A model generated the notes under the pieces. The model saw only the letters and a list, made by a program, of their open reading frames with translations, ran no database searches and was not told the origin of the DNA. From Macrostomum lignano (lineage: Eukaryota): a DNA stretch of 64,000 nucleotides. The stretch is from assembly GCA_002269645.1 (NCBI GenBank), contig NIVC01000725.1, forward strand, positions 582,269-646,268, read 5' to 3'. The position numbers were made by a program, and so were the translations under genes. The first letter of the stretch is position 1. The number at the start of each line of letters is the position of its first letter. Positions 13,141 to 38,570 of this stretch are shown piece after piece.

Positions 13141-13292
13141 GTAAAGGTCAAACGTGAGCAAATCTACCACAGAGAAGCACAAAAATCAGGAAACGAACGC
13201 CGGCAGTGAAATACTGGATCCTGGCTCTGGCAACTAAGCGCGCAATCAGTCAGTCCATAGTCCAAGTGACCCAGAGTAGGAAATTTAATAAA

Positions 13293-13472
13293 CTACTTCC
13301 AAAGCTTGTTAAACAGCTCCATAAAGCTGTCATAAATCATAAACGTGATGGCAACGTCCAGGCAGACTCGGCTGAGACGAGGCACCGTGCCCTTGTAGAA
13401 TCTGCAATGTTAACATTTTAAAGCCGTAAGACTACAGTAGTGTTAGTAGTAGTAGTAGTAGTAGTAGTAGTT

Positions 13473-13505
<33 letters not shown>

Positions 13506-15050
13506 CTAGTAGTACTAGTAGTAGTAGTGCACATTGCTTACGCAAGCGGCCCCTCCTCCCGCCAGATCTTGACGAAGCAGTGCGCGGTGCTGCGGTACTT
13601 GTGCGCCTCCAGGCCCTGCATTCGAGTCTTCACCACATCGATCGGCGTGTTGCCGAACACGGAAGCCGCCCCGGCCACTGCGCCAAACATGCCAGTCAGC
13701 AGCTTCGGGATCGGCCTCGTGTTGTCCGTGTCACCGCGGTAGCCCCTGTACCAGTCCTTCAGCGACTCCACCACCAGGAACCGGATGGCCTGGTTCGAGC
13801 CCTGCTTCATCATCGTGGCCGTCAAGCCCTGGTAGCAGCCCCGAAGCCCCTGCTCGCGCACAATCTCCCGGACACCGTGGAAGAAGCCGCGGAACTTTGG
13901 GTTCGCCGAGTTCTGGTCGTTGATGAACTTCACCTTCACCGTCTCCATGGGCGTCACGGCGAAGATCGCCTCGCAGATGCCGGCGCCGAGGCCGCACAGA
14001 AACTTCCGGCCGGTGCTCAGGTTGCCCTGCGCGTCCGAGTTGCGCTTCTTGAACTCCTCGAATGCGCCGAACCTTTGGCGGGGTTGTTAGATGGCGAGGC
14101 TTTTGGCTGGCTCAGCGCACGCATACTTACTCCTGCTGACTACCCTAACCATCTATGTAGAAAGCTAACAAGCTGGCGAGGCATTTCGCTAGCAAAAGCT
14201 GGTAAAGTTACTCCTGCTGACTACCCGCATAACACCAGAGACGATCAGTTAAAACTCAAGTAAGTATCAATAAACTTCGAAGAATCGTGACTTGCAGATC
14301 CTAACCTACAGAACCCTATTTGCAATTCCTAACTAACGAATATCTAATCTAAAAATCACAACCCACAAATCCCAACCTAAAAATCCCAATCTACAAATCC
14401 CAAAGCTCAAATCCCAAAACGCCCCGCGCGTCCGAGGTGCGCTTCTTGAACTCCTCGAATGCGCCAAACTTTTGGCGGGGTTGTTAGATGGCGAGGCTTT
14501 TGGCAGCCTAAGCGCACGCATAGTTACTCTTGCTGACTACCCGATAAACATCAAAATCTATGATGCGAAACCCTCAACCAAATCGCAACTTACTAATTAA
14601 CCTACAAATCCCAAAGCCCAAATCCCATCAACAAGCCCCTCTCTCACCTCACAGCGGACTTGGGAATCGAGCCATACAGCAGCACACTCAGGCCTCGGTA
14701 CAAGCCGAAGAAGCCCCGCTCCCTGACCGTCACCTTCACGCAGTCGATCGGCCCCTTGTACCGCTTCTGGGCGCCCACCTTCTCGTCCAACTGCAGCTGG
14801 GTCTTCACGTACTCTGTTGGGAATGTGATGCAGATCTCCATGCCTCCCGTGATGCCGCCTGAGGGACAGAGTTTGGCGTGGCTTTCTGGCTTGGCCTCTT
14901 AATATAAACATTTTCCATTTCATAAATCCATCTCTCACCTGCAATAATGCCTTTAAGGCTCTTGTTGCTGCTTCCAGAAGCAGCTGCTGCAGCTGCAGAC
15001 ACTCTCTGGTTTGGTCTGCCAGCGCTGAACACCAGGCCACGGTCTGACAT
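13293..15050 (-). CDS. SLC25A1: Mitochondrial tricarboxylate (citrate) carrier, copy A, 4 exons, 320 aa
   Basis: Exons 15050-14939, 14858-14648, 14072-13542 and 13401-13293 (112+211+531+109 = 963 nt), GT-AG. Carrier signatures [24 protein letters not shown] and [12 protein letters not shown]; ends [35 protein letters not shown]. An optional in-frame ATG lies at 15113. Confidence 0.93.
13435..13528. repeat. (GTA)n microsatellite in intron 3 of SLC25A1 copy A
   Basis: Direct reading. Confidence 0.95.
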
Positions 15051-16928
15051 GACGAGAGCTGCAGGTGCATGCAAATAAAATTCGCATGCTGGCTTTAATG
15101 CTACATAATTCATTGGTGATTTTTAAAACAAATTAAACTGTAACTACATAACTTTCTTCTGCAATAAAAGCTAGCAGTCATATTGTTGGAAGAAAAATGG
15201 CAAGCAATAGTAGGTAATTATTGTCATACTGTCACAGGCAATAAAATTTGGTAGTCAAATGTTTTAAACACTGTTTTCATTTTGGTTGCTACCACAAATG
15301 CCTTGGTATATTTTCTACTTAAAGAATTTTATAAAAAATTACAAATATTTTTATTTATATAAATGGCAAATATACTAAACCTAAGGCTAAACTTGATTAG
15401 TTTTTTTGCAAACAATGGATATTATACTAATATACTATACTATAAAATTTAAAATCGCATGCACTATACAGGATTCAATATATAATATAAGGCCAAGGCT
15501 CATCATGTTTTAATTTAAATAGGCATACTAATATTGGGCTTAAAAATTCTTTATGCCAATGCCAAGTAGGCACTTGACTTGAGTCTCGGGGCAAAAGTAT
15601 ACTAATTTTTTTGCAATCAAGGCCACATTCCAGACTATCAAATGTTTAACAGTCAATATGACTATCATAAGACATAGACTATGAAGGGTATATTTTTAGG
15701 CTAAGTGTTTCTAGTTTATAAAAATGCTAAAAATGTTATCAAAACAAGAAAACCTTTAGGTTTTTATCTAGTGTCATAGTGGTTAAAATGATTATTGTTT
15801 TAGATCAAAGTTAATACATACAATAATACAAACTATTGATTTTATTAGATTAGATATTACTAAATTATTCTGTAATGGATGGTAATAAAAACCTAAACCA
15901 TACATTTGCACACAAACCTAGTGTACAAACAAGGTCTCATCATTTTTTCCTGCATTAAACTTGGGCGAACAATAAGACACAATCCAAACGAAACTATGGT
16001 ATGCCAGGAAACCCTGGAGTACATGTTGCCTTCCAAACTATGGCCAAATATGAAGTCTAACTCAAGTATATTAATATTCTTGACTCTAGGCACTAGCAAT
16101 CATCTTTTAACAAGGTTAGCTTTAACCATAATGCAATGACCACCCTTATGATTAAAGTGATATAGTCATGGTCTTATATTTATTTCCATATTTTTGACTG
16201 ACAACCAGTTTACAGTGCAAAACAACTAATTAAAATAGCAAAACACAAGTGTAGAGGGATCTGCAACAAAATAACTAACAATAAACGACACAGATATAAA
16301 GATTTAATATCAAAACTAGATAGTAGACAAATATATTATAAATGAAGACTGCTAGCCTCTACTTCTTTCTTGTCCTAGACCTAAAGTCGTGATTAATTAA
16401 CAGTATCATTATTATTTAGTTCTGCAGTCGCTGATTGTGGTCAACGATTGTGGCGCAGCACGATTTTTGTTGTCCTGCGCCATGCTGCTGCCAGATTAGA
16501 AATTGTTGTCAAAAAAATAAAACACATTTTTATGGCGATCATATTTTTTCATTTGAATCAAAACTAACTCACAAAAAGTTGAAACTAAAAAACCGGTTAT
16601 TAAAAATCTGGAAAACTAGTCCGCTATCGTGTAAATGGGACATTTTAAAAGAAAGAGAAAAATTTGCAATAAAAAAATATAAGTTTTTTAACTTAATCTA
16701 TTTTATATATTAAAATTTTAAAACTGTACACTGTGTACTGTTAAAATACGCGTCAAAAAAACTTTGACGTAAAATGCTTTGTTAAAGTTTGGACAAGAAT
16801 CAACATCAGTATTCAAATGCTTCAATCAGCGATATTTAAACGTGTACACTACTTGACTAGTACGACTTTAATCAAATAGTCAAACAATAGTCAAACATAT
16901 TGTTTCGACTTTATTATGGGCCAGCTCT

Positions 16929-17465
16929 TACCGTCAGCAAGAAACGGCCACTATCCAAAAATTATTAATTAATTTTTTGTTTGTAACATCTGAACTGAAT
17001 ATATATATACCCCTTACTGAGAGAGATTGATTACTTACGACTTTCGTAAGTACCGTCAGCAAGAAACGGCCACTATCCAAAAATTATTAATTAATTTTTT
17101 GTTTGTAACATCTGAACTGAATATATATATACCCCTTACTGAGAGAGATTGATTACTTTCGTAAGTAAAGTACTTTCGTAAGTACCGTCAGCAAGAAACG
17201 GCCACTATCCAAAAATTATTAATTAATTTTTTGTTTGTAACATCTGAACTGAATATATATATACCCCTTACTGAGAGAGATTGATTACTTACGAAAGTTA
17301 CGAAAGTTACGAAAGTTACGAAAGTAATCAATCTCTCTCAGTAAGGGGTATATATATATTCAGTTCAGATGTTACAAACAAAAAATTAATTAATAATTTT
17401 TGGATAGTGGCCGTTTCTTGCTGACGGTACTTACGAAAGTAATCAATCTCTCTCAGTAAGGGGTA
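16929..17465. repeat. Tandem plus inverted repeat (foldback): three direct copies of a ~107-bp unit, (TTACGAAAG)x4, one full inverted copy and one partial inverted copy
   Basis: TACCGTCAGCAAGAAACGG...GAGAGATTGATTAC starts at 16929, 17051 and 17183; its reverse complement lies at about 17325-17430 and, partially, 17439-17465. Confidence 0.95.
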
Positions 17466-19680
17466 ATGTACTTATGTACTAATGTTAAATTTAATCTAGT
17501 AATCTTTAAAATAGTTATGTAGCGTAGGCCATGGCATAGGCTACAAAAAGTTTAAATGCTGATTCAATCCCAAAAATCGTTAAACCCTATATGGTTTACT
17601 AATTTTTACTTGAATCATTTCCCTCCTTTTTAATTTATTTTGCAATCCTAATTTAAGCTGCCAGTGCCACGCCTGCCACTGCCAGTGCCAGCAGCTGTAA
17701 TTTTTATCTCAAGTAAACAATACTTCAAGGATTATTGTTGTCATTAACTTAATGTTTATTGCCAAAATAGTTTAAATTTTATTAGCCTAAATAGCTTATC
17801 TCCTTTAATTTAGGACTTGGCTATAGTAGCTATAGTAGTATCTTGACATATTTATCTTATTTTCTATAGCTACAAAATATTTTATATGCTGTAATATGCA
17901 CTGATCATATTACTAAGTCTTTGATGATGAATGATACTTTGACTGACTAGTGCCTTGACAGCTTAACTCTAAATAATAAGCAAGAACTTCACAAGCATTA
18001 GTCTTTGTAATAAATTTCAGTTTCAACTTAGGCCTAGTAATTTTGTTATAATTTGATTAATGCAAATCACCATAAGATGTAATATACAATTATTATATAT
18101 AGTGTACATTATAGCACCTATTTTTATGTAGCACCTAATATATATTATATATATTATATTTTTATAGTGATTTGCATTAATATATATATACTGTTGCATA
18201 CTAGCCTTAAGTATAAAGGCAGAGTTTTATTTATTATTATTGCTACATACAAATAGCCATGTCAAGCCATAAACTCTAATGAAAAGCTATGGCTATAGGT
18301 CGTGAAGCAATCCAAGTCAATGAGCTTGGGGATAATAAAATGAGAAAGATCAGAGCTGATCATATTTAAGACAAGCCAGACTTGCATACCATTGCTACAA
18401 TAATTGTGTGTGGCTTCTTCAAGACAAAGGGAGCTAGCTAACTAAAAAGTACAAGGCTGAATTGCAAAACAGAAAGTACAAATAATTGGAGGATGGAAAT
18501 CCAACACTAAATAAGTGTTACAGGTATAATTGTTCCTAGTTACTAATGCCACCAAGTTGTAGCAGGCCTATTTACTCCTTGTCTAAATTTCACCATTTTA
18601 ATCACTAGATTGTACTACTAAATCTATTATTTCTAATCCTAAGAATCCCAATAATTAAACCTATATGTACATATATGGGCTATCGTCAGTACGAGTTACC
18701 CTGGTAGCTTCAGTTCCCAAGTGGCAATACATTGCTTACTACTATACTAATAATTACTACTAATTTCTAAATTACTTAGTCTAAACATGGCATTCCACTA
18801 ACCAAGGGGTTTCCAGCTTTAATACTGTCTTTCCCAATTTAATACTATATTATGCTTGTAATAGCCTAGATCTATTCTTAGGGAATCCTCTCTCCTTACT
18901 GGGCAATCCACCTTTTCTGCTTAGCAAAATGCTTGTTTGGCAATCCCTATTTAACTGCACTGGCAAAACGCCCTTTTTATCCAATATGGTCTTTCCAAAC
19001 TTGTAATCCTGCTTAAATAACTAAGAAAGTAAGACCAGAGAAATCTTAATTTCTAGGTTACTGAGTATTGAACCCAACAAAGGAGTTAAGGAAAATGTTT
19101 AGTATTTCACCTTGTATTTATACTAACTGAAACCTCTCTCTATTGGCTTGGGTTACATTTGTTTAAACAACATTTAGTTAAAACAAATATCATCATATTA
19201 AAACAAAATATTTGTATAACTGTTATTTGGCAGGAATTTGACTTACAAACATGTTAATATTTTCTTATAACAAGATATGAGCCCTACTGCATAAGCATTG
19301 TTAATTTTCTATCTAGGCTTTAAAGTTTTAGATTAACTCTATATCTACTAAAACATGGGACAAATGCACAAAAGTAATAAAATATTCTGTATTATATAAT
19401 GATCATACTTAAAAAAACAGTTTTTTGATAGGAGTTTTAGCAAACCTTTCAAGATAATTAATTGTTTTTCAAAAGAATTTTATTCCTTTACTTTAAATCT
19501 AAATCTAAAAAGCACCATTTTAATCTTTTTTTCTTTTAATAAAAAGAGCAGTTAAAAATGCTTCTTCTACTAAATGATAGCACTGAGCTTATAGAATTGT
19601 ACAACCTTAGCCTAATCAATTTATCCAATTTTTTATCGTGAGTTTGGAAATCCCATTTTGCATCTCCTGCAGCTCTCATC

Positions 19681-21618
19681 ATGTCAGACCGTGGCCTGGT
19701 GTTCAGCGCTGGCAGACCAAACCAGAGAGTGTCTGCAGCTGCAGCAGCTGCTTCTGGAAGCAGCAACAAGAGCCTTAAAGGCATTATTGCAGGTGAGAGA
19801 TGGATTTATGAAATGGAAAATGTTTATATTAAGAGGCCAAGCCAGAAAGCCACGCCAAACTCTGTCCCTCAGGCGGCATCACGGGAGGCATGGAGATCTG
19901 CATCACATTCCCAACAGAGTACGTGAAGACCCAGCTGCAGTTGGACGAGAAGGTGGGCGCCCAGAAGCGGTACAAGGGGCCGATCGACTGCGTGAAGGTG
20001 ACGGTCAGGGAGCGGGGCTTCTTCGGCTTGTACCGAGGCCTGAGTGTGCTGCTGTATGGCTCGATTCCCAAGTCCGCTGTGAGGTGAGAGAGGGGCTTGT
20101 TGATGGGATTTGGGCTTTGGGATTTGTAGGTTAATTAGTAAGTTGCAATTTGGTTGAGGGTTTCGCATCATAGATTTTGATGTTAATCGGGTAGTCAGCA
20201 AGAGTAACTATGCGTGCTCTTAAGCTGCCAAAAGCCTCGCCATCTAACAACCCCGCCAAAAGTTTGGCGCATTCGAGGAGTTCAAGAAGCGCACCTCGGA
20301 CGCGCAGGGCGTTTTGGGATTTAGGCTTTGGGATTTGTAGGTTGGGATTTGTGGGTTGGGATTTTTAGATTAGATATTCGTTAGTTAGGAATTGCAAATA
20401 GGGTTCTGTAGGTTAGGATCTGCAAGTCACGATTCTTCGAAGTTTATTGATACTTACTTGAGTTTTAACTGATCGTCTCTGGTGTTATGCGGGTAGTCAG
20501 CAGGAGTAACTTTACCAGCTTTTGCTGGCGAAATGCCTCGCCATCTTGTTAGCTTTCTACATAGATGGTTAGGGTAGTCAGCAGGAGTAAGTATGCGTGC
20601 GCTGAGCCAGCCAAATGCCTCGCCATCTAACAACCCCGCCAAAGGTTCGGCGCATTCGAGGAGTTCAAGAAGCGCAACTCGGACGCGCAGGGCAACCTGA
20701 GCACCGGCCGGAAGTTTCTGTGCGGCCTCGGCGCCGGCATCTGCGAGGCGATCTTCGCCGTGACGCCCATGGAGACGGTGAAGGTGAAGTTCATTAACGA
20801 CCAGAACTCGGCGAACCCGAAGTTCCGCGGCTTCTTCCACGGTGTCCGGGAGATTGTGCGCGAGCAGGGGCTTCGGGGCTGCTACCAGGGCTTGACGGCC
20901 ACGATGATGAAGCAGGGCTCGAACCAGGCCATCCGCTTCCTGGTGGTGGAGTCGCTGAAGGACTGGTACAGGGGCTACCGCGGTGACACGGACAACACGA
21001 GGCCGATCCCGAAGCTGCTGACTGGCGTGTTTGGCGCAGTGGCCGGGGCGGCTTCCGTGTTCGGCAACACGCCGATCGATGTGGTGAAGACTCGAATGCA
21101 GGGCCTGGAGGCGCACAAGTACCGCAGCACCGCGCACTGCTTCGTCAAGATCTGGCGGGAGGAGGGACTCAAGGCGTGAGTGAAGCTTGGGTTTCTTGGA
21201 AATAATTTGTTTGTTTTAAGCTGCTGTACACTCTGTGTGAGCCCTTGTGTGCATCATCAAGGATTCAGACTGCAAGAGCTAACGTGTAGTTCTTTCTGCG
21301 GATTCTACCGGTATATACAGGTCTTCCAAGATAAACAATTTTGCAAATATTCTTACCCTACTTACAGTAGAAATTGCAAAAAATATTGCGCGTATATTAA
21401 CAAGAATGATGCACTTTTAAGTACTCTACTTGCAGTAGAAATACAAAGAAAAAATCGTGAAAATTTAAATGATATTTTTTTAAATGTGTTTTCAATCATC
21501 TCTTTGCAGATTCTACAAGGGCACGGTCCCCAGGCTCAGCCGAGTCTGTCTTGACGTTGGCATCACGTTTATGATTTATGACAGCTTTATGGAGCTGTTT
21601 AACAAAATCTGGAAGTAA
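19681..21618 (+). CDS. SLC25A1: Mitochondrial tricarboxylate (citrate) carrier, copy B, 4 exons, 320 aa
   Basis: Exons 19681-19792, 19873-20083, 20645-21175 and 21510-21618, the same lengths as copy A, GT-AG; ends [35 protein letters not shown]. Confidence 0.93.
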
Positions 21619-23346
21619 AAGGCGCCGTTTAAGTAACTGAACTGGATGATTAAAGTCGCTGATAATTTTTTTACTTTAAGTTTCGCTAGCAACTTTATTT
21701 AGCAGTATCTTGATGGCTCATGCCCAGATATTAATGCTTTTATTCGATTTTAAAATTAAATTTAGATTTTTTTTGTCAGCCATCGTCTTAGATTATTAGA
21801 AAACCTATCGGACTGTAGTTAGAGGTTTTCGCTAATTGTCAGTAGAGGTGTCAGACTTTTCAGACTTGTCAGAATTTTCTCAGGCAAACGTATTCTATTT
21901 GTTTCTGTTGTGCAATGCGGCAGAATCTATGAAGAAACTTATTATTAATAGTAGTTCCCTGAGCGCATAATTTTTTACTTTAAAAAAATGTTTGAACTTA
22001 TCCACTTCCAGGTTGATTATTCCGTTTTTTTATTTTTGTCTACTCATATAAGTAGTTGCACTCGCGCTTTTTAGTCAGTTGCACAAGCTATTGAATTTGC
22101 ATCTAATCTATGTAATTTACACGAAAAGGGTTGTTATAATTTGCCGAAGGTTGTAATACCATTTATAAACGATTACTTTTGCTTTTTTGTAGATTTTTTA
22201 GCCAAACAATACAGTCCATATGATTTATTTAACCTATTTTGTGGTTAAATTACTTTTTATTTTTTATTAACCTTTTGCAACCAGTTTTGTTAAAATTGTT
22301 GACAATAATTTCACTTGCCAGATACGATTGGCCTGCTTTTTGCGGCATTTTGCGTCATAAAACAGTTATTTAAAAAAAAAATCTAAAATATGTGTATGGA
22401 GGCGCGATGGTCACTTTAAAAAAGTAATAATTTGTTTTTAATTTTTTTATGGACTTATTAATTATTTATTTGATTACTTACCAATGAATAAATTCTTTGT
22501 GAAAATTATCACTGTTCTATGCATAATACTTCATATAATAATATTATTTTCATAAATATTCCATTTAGATTCACTTCTAGTTAGATAGTCAATTTAATTT
22601 CGTTGTGCGTTATGTCTTCTTAGCTTTTAATTTTATTATTTTTTGTCTCTGGCTGTTGGTTGAAGTTAAAGTGATATGAACTTTATTTCTAAGAAACACG
22701 AGAAAAAAATATAACGATGAAATTGAGACAGCCATAAATATTTTATTGATTTGCTTATTTGTAGAAGTTTTAGGCCTATTAAAATTTTTAAATATGCTGA
22801 TTGAGAATTTTATTGCTTTTTTTTACTGTAGACACCATTTTTAGCACCTTCAGCGTCACTCCTTAAGATGTCACTCATTGAGTTTCACTCCTTCAGTTTC
22901 ACTATTCAGCATCAATCCTTGAGCGTCACTCGATTAAGTGCCATCCCGAGTTTAAGAAGCTGTGCGCAAAAGCCATGACTTCAACATTTAAGCTTTAGAT
23001 TGAAGCAAGTACGTTCACAGTGAAACAGTGAACTGTCAATGGTTACACGGGCTGAAGTTTATTTTTAAAACAAAATTATTTTGTTTTGCGACGCTTCGAC
23101 AATAAAGAAAAGCAAATTTTCATCTTTGCTAGAGGGACGCAAAATATTGCATTGAAATAAGAATGATTCATACTCGTGCAATTCAATTACTCTGAGTAGT
23201 ATGATTACAGTATTAACCATAATTAGATTTTGAAGAAATTTTCCAGTTTCGAAATTATCAGCGATTTACATTTGTAAATGACGATATAGAGGCTGTTCAT
23301 GGCGGCAAGATAACAATAGGCCAGAGGTGTCAGTATATAAATAGTG

Positions 23347-25335
23347 AGATTTCAGTATAGAGACAGTGGGATGTGAGATTTCAGTATAGAGACAGTGGGA
23401 TGTGAGATTTCAGTATAGAGACAGTGGGATGTGAGATTTCAGTATAGAGACAGTGGGATGTGAGATTTCAGTATAGAGACAGTGGGATGTGAGATTTCAG
23501 TATAGAGACAGTGGGATGTGAGATTTCAGTATAGAGACAGTGGGATGTGAGATTTCAGTATAGAGACAGTGGGATGTGAGATTTCAGTATAGAGACAGTG
23601 GGATGTGAGATTTCAGTATAGAGACAGTGGGATGTGAGATTTCAGTATAGAGACAGTGGGATGTGAGATTTCAGTATAGAGACAGTGGGATGTGAGATTT
23701 CAGTATAGAGACAGTGGGATGTGAGATTTCAGTATAGAGACAGTGGGATGTGAGATTTCAGTATAGAGACAGTGGGATGTGAGATTTCAGTATAGAGACA
23801 GTGGGATGTGAGATTTCAGTATAGAGACAGTGGGATGTGAGATTTCAGTATAGAGACAGTGGGATGTGAGATTTCAGTATAGAGACAGTGGGATGTGAGA
23901 TTTCAGTATAGAGACAGTGGGATGTGAGATTTCAGTATAGAGACAGTGGGATGTGAGATTTCAGTATAGAGACAGTGGGATGTGAGATTTCAGTATAGAG
24001 ACAGTGGGATGTGAGATTTCAGTATAGAGACAGTGGGATGTGAGATTTCAGTATAGAGACAGTGGGATGTGAGATTTCAGTATAGAGACAGTGGGATGTG
24101 AGATTTCAGTATAGAGACAGTGGGATGTGAGATTTCAGTATAGAGACAGTGGGATGTCAGTATAGAGACAGTGGGATGTCAGTAGAGACAGTAGGATGTC
24201 AGTATAGAGACAGTGGGATGTCAGTAGACAGTGGGGTGTCAGTTTAGAGACAGTGGGATGTCAGTAGACAGTGGGATGTCAGTTTAGAGACAGTGGGATG
24301 TCAGTTTAGAGACAGTGGGATGTCAGTAGACAGTGGGATGTCAGTTTAGAGACAGTGGGATGTCAGTATAGAGACAGTGGGATGTCCGTATAGAGACAGT
24401 GGGATGTCCGTATAGAGACAGTGGGATGTCCGTATAGAGACAGTGGGATGTCCGTATAGAGACAGTGGGATGTCAGTATAGAGACAGTGGGATGTCAGTA
24501 GAGACAGTGGGATGTCAGTTTAGAGACAGTGGGATGTCAGTAGACAGTGGGATGTCAGTTTAGAGACAGTGGGATGTCAGTATAGAGACAGTGGGATGTC
24601 CGTATAGAGACAGTGGGATGTCCGTATATAGACAGTGGGATGTCCGTATAGAGACAGTGGGATGTCCGTATAGAGACAGTGGGATGTCCGTATAGAGACA
24701 GTGGGATGTCCGTATATAGACAGTGGGATGTCCGTATAGAGACAGTGGGATGTCCGTATAGAGACAGTGGGATGTCCGTATAGAGACAGTGGGATGTCAG
24801 TATAGAGACAGTGGGATGTCAGTATAGAGACAGTGGGATGTCAGTATAGAGACAGTGGGATGTCAGTATAGAGACAGTGGGATGTCAGTATAGAGACAGT
24901 GGGATGTCAGTATAGAGACAGTGGGATGTCAGTATAGAGGCAGTGGGATGTCAGTATAGAGACAGTGGGATGTCAGTACAGAGACAGTGGGATGTCAGTA
25001 TAGAGGCAGTGGGATGTCAGTATAGAGACAGTGGGATGTCAGTACAGAGACAGTGGGATGTCAGTATAGAGGCAGTGGGATGTCAGTATAGAGACAGTGG
25101 GATGTCAGTACAGAGACAGTGGGATGTCAGTAGACTGGGATGTCAGTTTAGAGACAGTGGGATGTCAGTAGCCAGTGGGATGTCAGTATAGAGAGTGGGG
25201 TGTCAGTAGAGATAGTGGGTGTCAGTAGAGATAGTGGGGTGTCAGTAGAGACAGTGGGGTGTCAGTAGAAATAGTGGGGGTGTCAGTAGAGATCGATAAA
25301 TGTCAGTAGAGATAGAGGTGTCAGTCCAGATTTTT
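23347..25335. repeat. Compound minisatellite: about 28 perfect 29-bp units (GTGAGATTTCAGTATAGAGACAGTGGGAT), then 18-22-bp derivatives (GTCAGTATAGAGACAGTGGGAT)
   Basis: The unit switches at about 24157 by loss of GAGATTT and decays toward 25335. Confidence 0.95.
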
Positions 25336-25467
25336 GGGATGTCAGTAGTTCAGGTTTAGAATGCACGGTACTTTCATTATCTAATGGGAATCTTCAACGG
25401 GCAGAAGCGCTGAAAATATTATTTGAATTTCTGACTATTAAAGTATTAAAAGTCAGTGCTGCGGGTG

Positions 25468-37419
<11,952 letters not shown>

Positions 37420-37639
37420 TCTCAGCGACGCTGCAGGGACATCCGCTGCATTTGAGCATTGGGTTAAATTTGCTATGGAATCTTCTTCAAGCTGGCGTTT
37501 CAAAGTGAAGAATTCGACTGGAAATACTGCTGCCCAATCAGGTTGGCGGAGTGGATTCTGTGCGGTCTGATGGAAATGGCTGATTGGATTCGTGCCAAGC
37601 TGGTGGCTTGCGGCATGGAAACTGCCACTCGCGTCTCAG

Positions 37640-37970
37640 CCCATCCCCCCATCTCATTCCATCTAATCTCATCACCTCCAATCTCATCCCCTTCAAATCT
37701 CATCTCCTTTCAATCTCACCCCTCCGTTCTCATCCCCGCCAATCTCATCCCATCCAATCTTATCCCCTTCCAATCTCATCGCCTCCAAATTCATCCCCAT
37801 CCAATCTCATCCCATCCAATCTCATCTCCTTCCAATCTCACCACTTCAAACTCATCCCTTTCCAATCTCATCCCCATCCAATCTCATCCCATCGATCCCA
37901 TCTCATCCAATCTCATCCCATCCGATCTCATCCCCTTCAATCTCATACTCTCGTATCTCATTCTCTCTTA
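37640..37970. repeat. Low-complexity CCAATCTCATCC repeats
   Basis: Direct reading. Confidence 0.8.
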
Positions 37971-38570
37971 TCTTATCCGCTGTCATATAAAAAGGAAAGA
38001 CGGAGAAAGTTGAAACGTAGAGATAGGGGTTGAGAGGGAGTAGAGATGAGGGAGATGGAAGGTGTAGAAGGGAAGATAGAATTACGAATAGAAACGGAGA
38101 TGATTTTTTTTTATTAGAGACAGGGGGGTTGTGTGCACCCTGGCGCACTTTAAGCGTCTGTGGAGATGATATTTAAGCAATGGAAAAATACCTGGATCTC
38201 GGTAGAAGCAGCAGATAAAAAAGTGCCTCAAGTGAGAAAGTTGCAAAATAATGATCGAACCCGTGTTGAAAACTTAAACAATCAAGACCAGGAAAAAGTA
38301 GCAAAGCAAAGGAGCCAAATCGTTACTTTCATTTTTTCCTTTCAAGCTTCTTGAAGGCTCTGCAGCCAGCTTCTCCGGATTGCTTTAAAAATATCTCAAA
38401 TTTGACCCCGCTGATGCAAAAAAGCCTACATTTTAGCTATTGAATGGCTAACCCATTGGCAACAGTCGTCTGCTGTGACAGGGGGTTTCTGTCTGATCGA
38501 AAATAACCTGTCAACGCATGTGAACTGTACCACTTGCATGTGGTTTTACTTTCAATCTGTAAGGAGGACC

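Noticed and set aside
13538-21175. SLC25A1 inversion as a simple foldback-read artefact
   Set aside because: The arms differ by scattered substitutions, each has its own intact last exon and intron, and the 4.6-kb spacer is asymmetric. Read-level confirmation is still needed.
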